Source: an uncultured bacterium (GTDB lineage Bacteria; Oederibacteriota; PGYV01; CAWJRG01). From it: a stretch of 64,000 bases of DNA. Below, piece by piece: positions 63,504 through 64,000 of the stretch. The notes beneath the pieces were generated by a model. It saw nothing but the letters and a program-made list of their open reading frames with translations. It did not search any database and had not been told where the DNA came from. The translations under genes and the position numbers were made by a program. Location of the stretch: NCBI GenBank assembly GCA_963845185.1, contig CAWJRG010000009.1:96001-160000 (forward strand), read 5' to 3'. The stretch's first letter is position 1. The number at the start of each line of letters is the position of its first letter.

Positions 63504-64000
63504 ATGAAAGACAGAAGTATGTTATTAAAGATACTTTACCCTTTCATAGTGGTAATTTTTATTTTTTCAAGCCGGATTTATGCCGCTTTTCCATGGAATG
63601 TTACTTACCCTTACGGCATTAAAGCGACCAATGCAAATTCTTCAACAGTACAATCAATATTCACTACATGGTCAGGCGCTTGCGTGACGACTTATGGAAG
63701 TTACCAAAGAATTCAAGATCCTCAAAGCGGAAGCGATACAGTGTCGGAGGGCATGGGATACGGCATGCTTATGGCAGCGTATTTTTCAAACCAGTCCCTA
63801 TTTAATAACCTATGGCAATATAAGCAAGAATTTAATGATGCAAACGGGCTTATGAACTGGCAAATCAGTTCTTCAGGAGGGATAAGCTCAGGGTCAGCCA
63901 CTGACGGCGATGAAGACATAGCATTTGCCCTTGTTATGGCATACAGGGAGTGGGGTACTGGCGGCACATTTAATTACCTGACGCTTGCGCAGGCTGAAAT
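63504..64000 (+). CDS. Secreted GH8 glycoside hydrolase, runs off the window (missing from the ORF track)
   Basis: Manual translation: MKDRSMLLKIL...DTVSEGMGYGML...GLMNWQI...SATDGDEDIAFALVMAYREWG, which contains the GH8 catalytic motifs. Confidence 0.9.
   Translation, partial: MKDRSMLLKILYPFIVVIFIFSSRIYAAFPWNVTYPYGIKATNANSSTVQSIFTTWSGACVTTYGSYQRIQDPQSGSDTVSEGMGYGMLMAAYFSNQSLFNNLWQYKQEFNDANGLMNWQISSSGGISSGSATDGDEDIAFALVMAYREWGTGGTFNYLTLAQAE

Overview
Bacterial chromosomal window of about 40% GC from a diderm organism (lptF/lptG, ExbBD-TonB). The many Thr/Pro-rich secreted proteins with T9SS-type-A/FlgD-Ig-like C-terminal domains, together with PorV-like genes, suggest a candidate phylum such as Ca. 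Goldiibacteriota; this is inference. Gene content: (1) the 3' end of an IS110 element inserted into a triple beta-propeller gene; (2) a DUF2723/TMEM260-like glycosyltransferase; (3) two cargo + PorV-like gene pairs; (4) a hom-thrC-TPR-apgM-lysC-cimA block; (5) murI-queD-rph-rdgB, radC, PBP1A, tRNA-Met(CAT) and tilS; (6) a ~14 kb cluster of giant Ig-like protein, PorV-like, giant TPR, exbB, exbD, exbD and tonB; (7) pfkA, a beta-CASP nuclease, ftsEX-envC, lptGF, a GT39, and secreted GH5 and GH8 genes. The strongest unexplained signal is a dispersed family of six ~100-160 nt modular intergenic elements (16.3, 41.9-42.25 and 50.8 kb). Their stems show extensive compensatory base changes with invariant internal loops, and each cluster ends at a ribosome-binding site. 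A second palindrome family is nested in one copy, and a structured ~170 bp element sits between tRNA-Met and an 18 bp duplicate of its 3' end. Seven genes carry single-base indels in short homopolymers, most likely sequencing/consensus errors.
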